The notes beneath the pieces are model-generated. The model made no database searches, was not told the origin of the DNA, and saw only the letters and a list, made by a program, of their open reading frames with translations. 64,000 nt of DNA, taken from assembly GCA_964456865.1 (NCBI GenBank), contig CAYWCW010000009.1:15494-79493 (forward strand), written 5' to 3'. Each line of letters begins with the position of its first letter. Positions within the stretch are counted from its first letter, which is position 1. This document shows positions 63,374-64,000 of this stretch, piece after piece. Both the position numbers and the translations under genes were made by a program. The stretch comes from an uncultured Cellvibrionaceae bacterium. Its GTDB lineage: Bacteria; Pseudomonadota; Gammaproteobacteria; Pseudomonadales; Cellvibrionaceae.

Positions 63374-64000
63374 ATGAGCCAGCGCAAATCCGGTGGCGGC
63401 CGCCTGGGTGCCAAGCCTCGCGGCCGGCGTACCGACACGGCAAAACCCGCCTTTGACTTCAGCGACCAGCCCCGCCTCTCGGCGCCCCGGGCGCGCGAGG
63501 ATGATGCATTGTCAGCCCGCCCCGGGCAGCGCCTGGGTGAGCTGGTGATCGATCGCCTGAGCGATGACGGACGGGGCATTGCCCAATGGCAGGGCAAAAC
63601 GCTGTTTGTGGAAGGCGCCTTGCCTGGTGAAACCGTCAGCGCGCGTTTTGCGCGTGAGCACAGCCGCTATGCCGAGGCGGTGGTGGACCAGGTGATCACT
63701 GCGTCAGCGGAGCGGCAGCTGCCACCCTGTGCGCACTACGTGCACTGCGGTGGTTGCCAATTACAGCACCTCGATCCGGCCGCTCAGTTACGGTACAAGC
63801 AACAGGTGGTTTTACAGCAGTTGCAACGCTGGGCCAACCTGAGTCCCCGGCAATTGCTCCCCGCGGTCACCTCCGGGTCGGAAGCCTACCGCCAGCGGGC
63901 ACGGCTGGGTGTCTGGTATGAAGCCGACGGGCAGGTGGTCCTGGGATTTCGCCAGCGTCAGAGCAACCGGCTCACACCGGTTGACACGTGCCTGGTACTG
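63374..64000 (+). CDS. rlmD: 23S rRNA (uracil-1939-C5)-methyltransferase RlmD, partial (runs off window end)
   Basis: Translated by hand: TRAM domain LFVEGALPGE, CAHYVHCGGCQLQH, YRQRARL, LGFRQRQSN; cysM-rlmD synteny. Confidence 0.88.
   Translation, partial: MSQRKSGGGRLGAKPRGRRTDTAKPAFDFSDQPRLSAPRAREDDALSARPGQRLGELVIDRLSDDGRGIAQWQGKTLFVEGALPGETVSARFAREHSRYAEAVVDQVITASAERQLPPCAHYVHCGGCQLQHLDPAAQLRYKQQVVLQQLQRWANLSPRQLLPAVTSGSEAYRQRARLGVWYEADGQVVLGFRQRQSNRLTPVDTCLVL

Overview
Mostly core chromosome of a GC-rich (roughly 60-65%) gammaproteobacterium. Polyserine-linked lipoprotein, gene content and synteny suggest Cellvibrionales/Pseudomonadales; this is inference. Recognisable housekeeping genes: trmA, tRNA-Val/tRNA-Asp, nadK, pepN, an RNB-family exoribonuclease, gabD, adk, maeA, fadBA, mltF-purL, uspE, rnt-pyrC-motY, mucD/degQ-lepA-lepB-rnc-era-recO, barA/gacS, cysM and a partial rlmD. 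No integrase, transposase, CRISPR array, rRNA or reverse transcriptase was seen. Three accessory signals stand out. (1) Three paralogous exported proteins (25.4-29.3 kb) flank adk; they carry an internal exosortase-type sorting-like segment (midcut-by-XrtH-like), a mosaic conserved N-terminal part and an AT-richer, Cys-scaffolded hypervariable C-terminal domain. (2) A lower-GC radical-SAM/TIGR03915-type putative DNA-repair gene pair has a sigma70 promoter whose -10 is overlapped by a near-consensus gammaproteobacterial LexA box inside a 38-bp perfect-armed palindrome. (3) A 26-aa, very acidic small ORF downstream of the tRNAs, below the ORF-track cutoff, has its own RBS, a candidate sigmaE promoter and a 3' hairpin. 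Family names are recalled from motif recognition, not from database searches.
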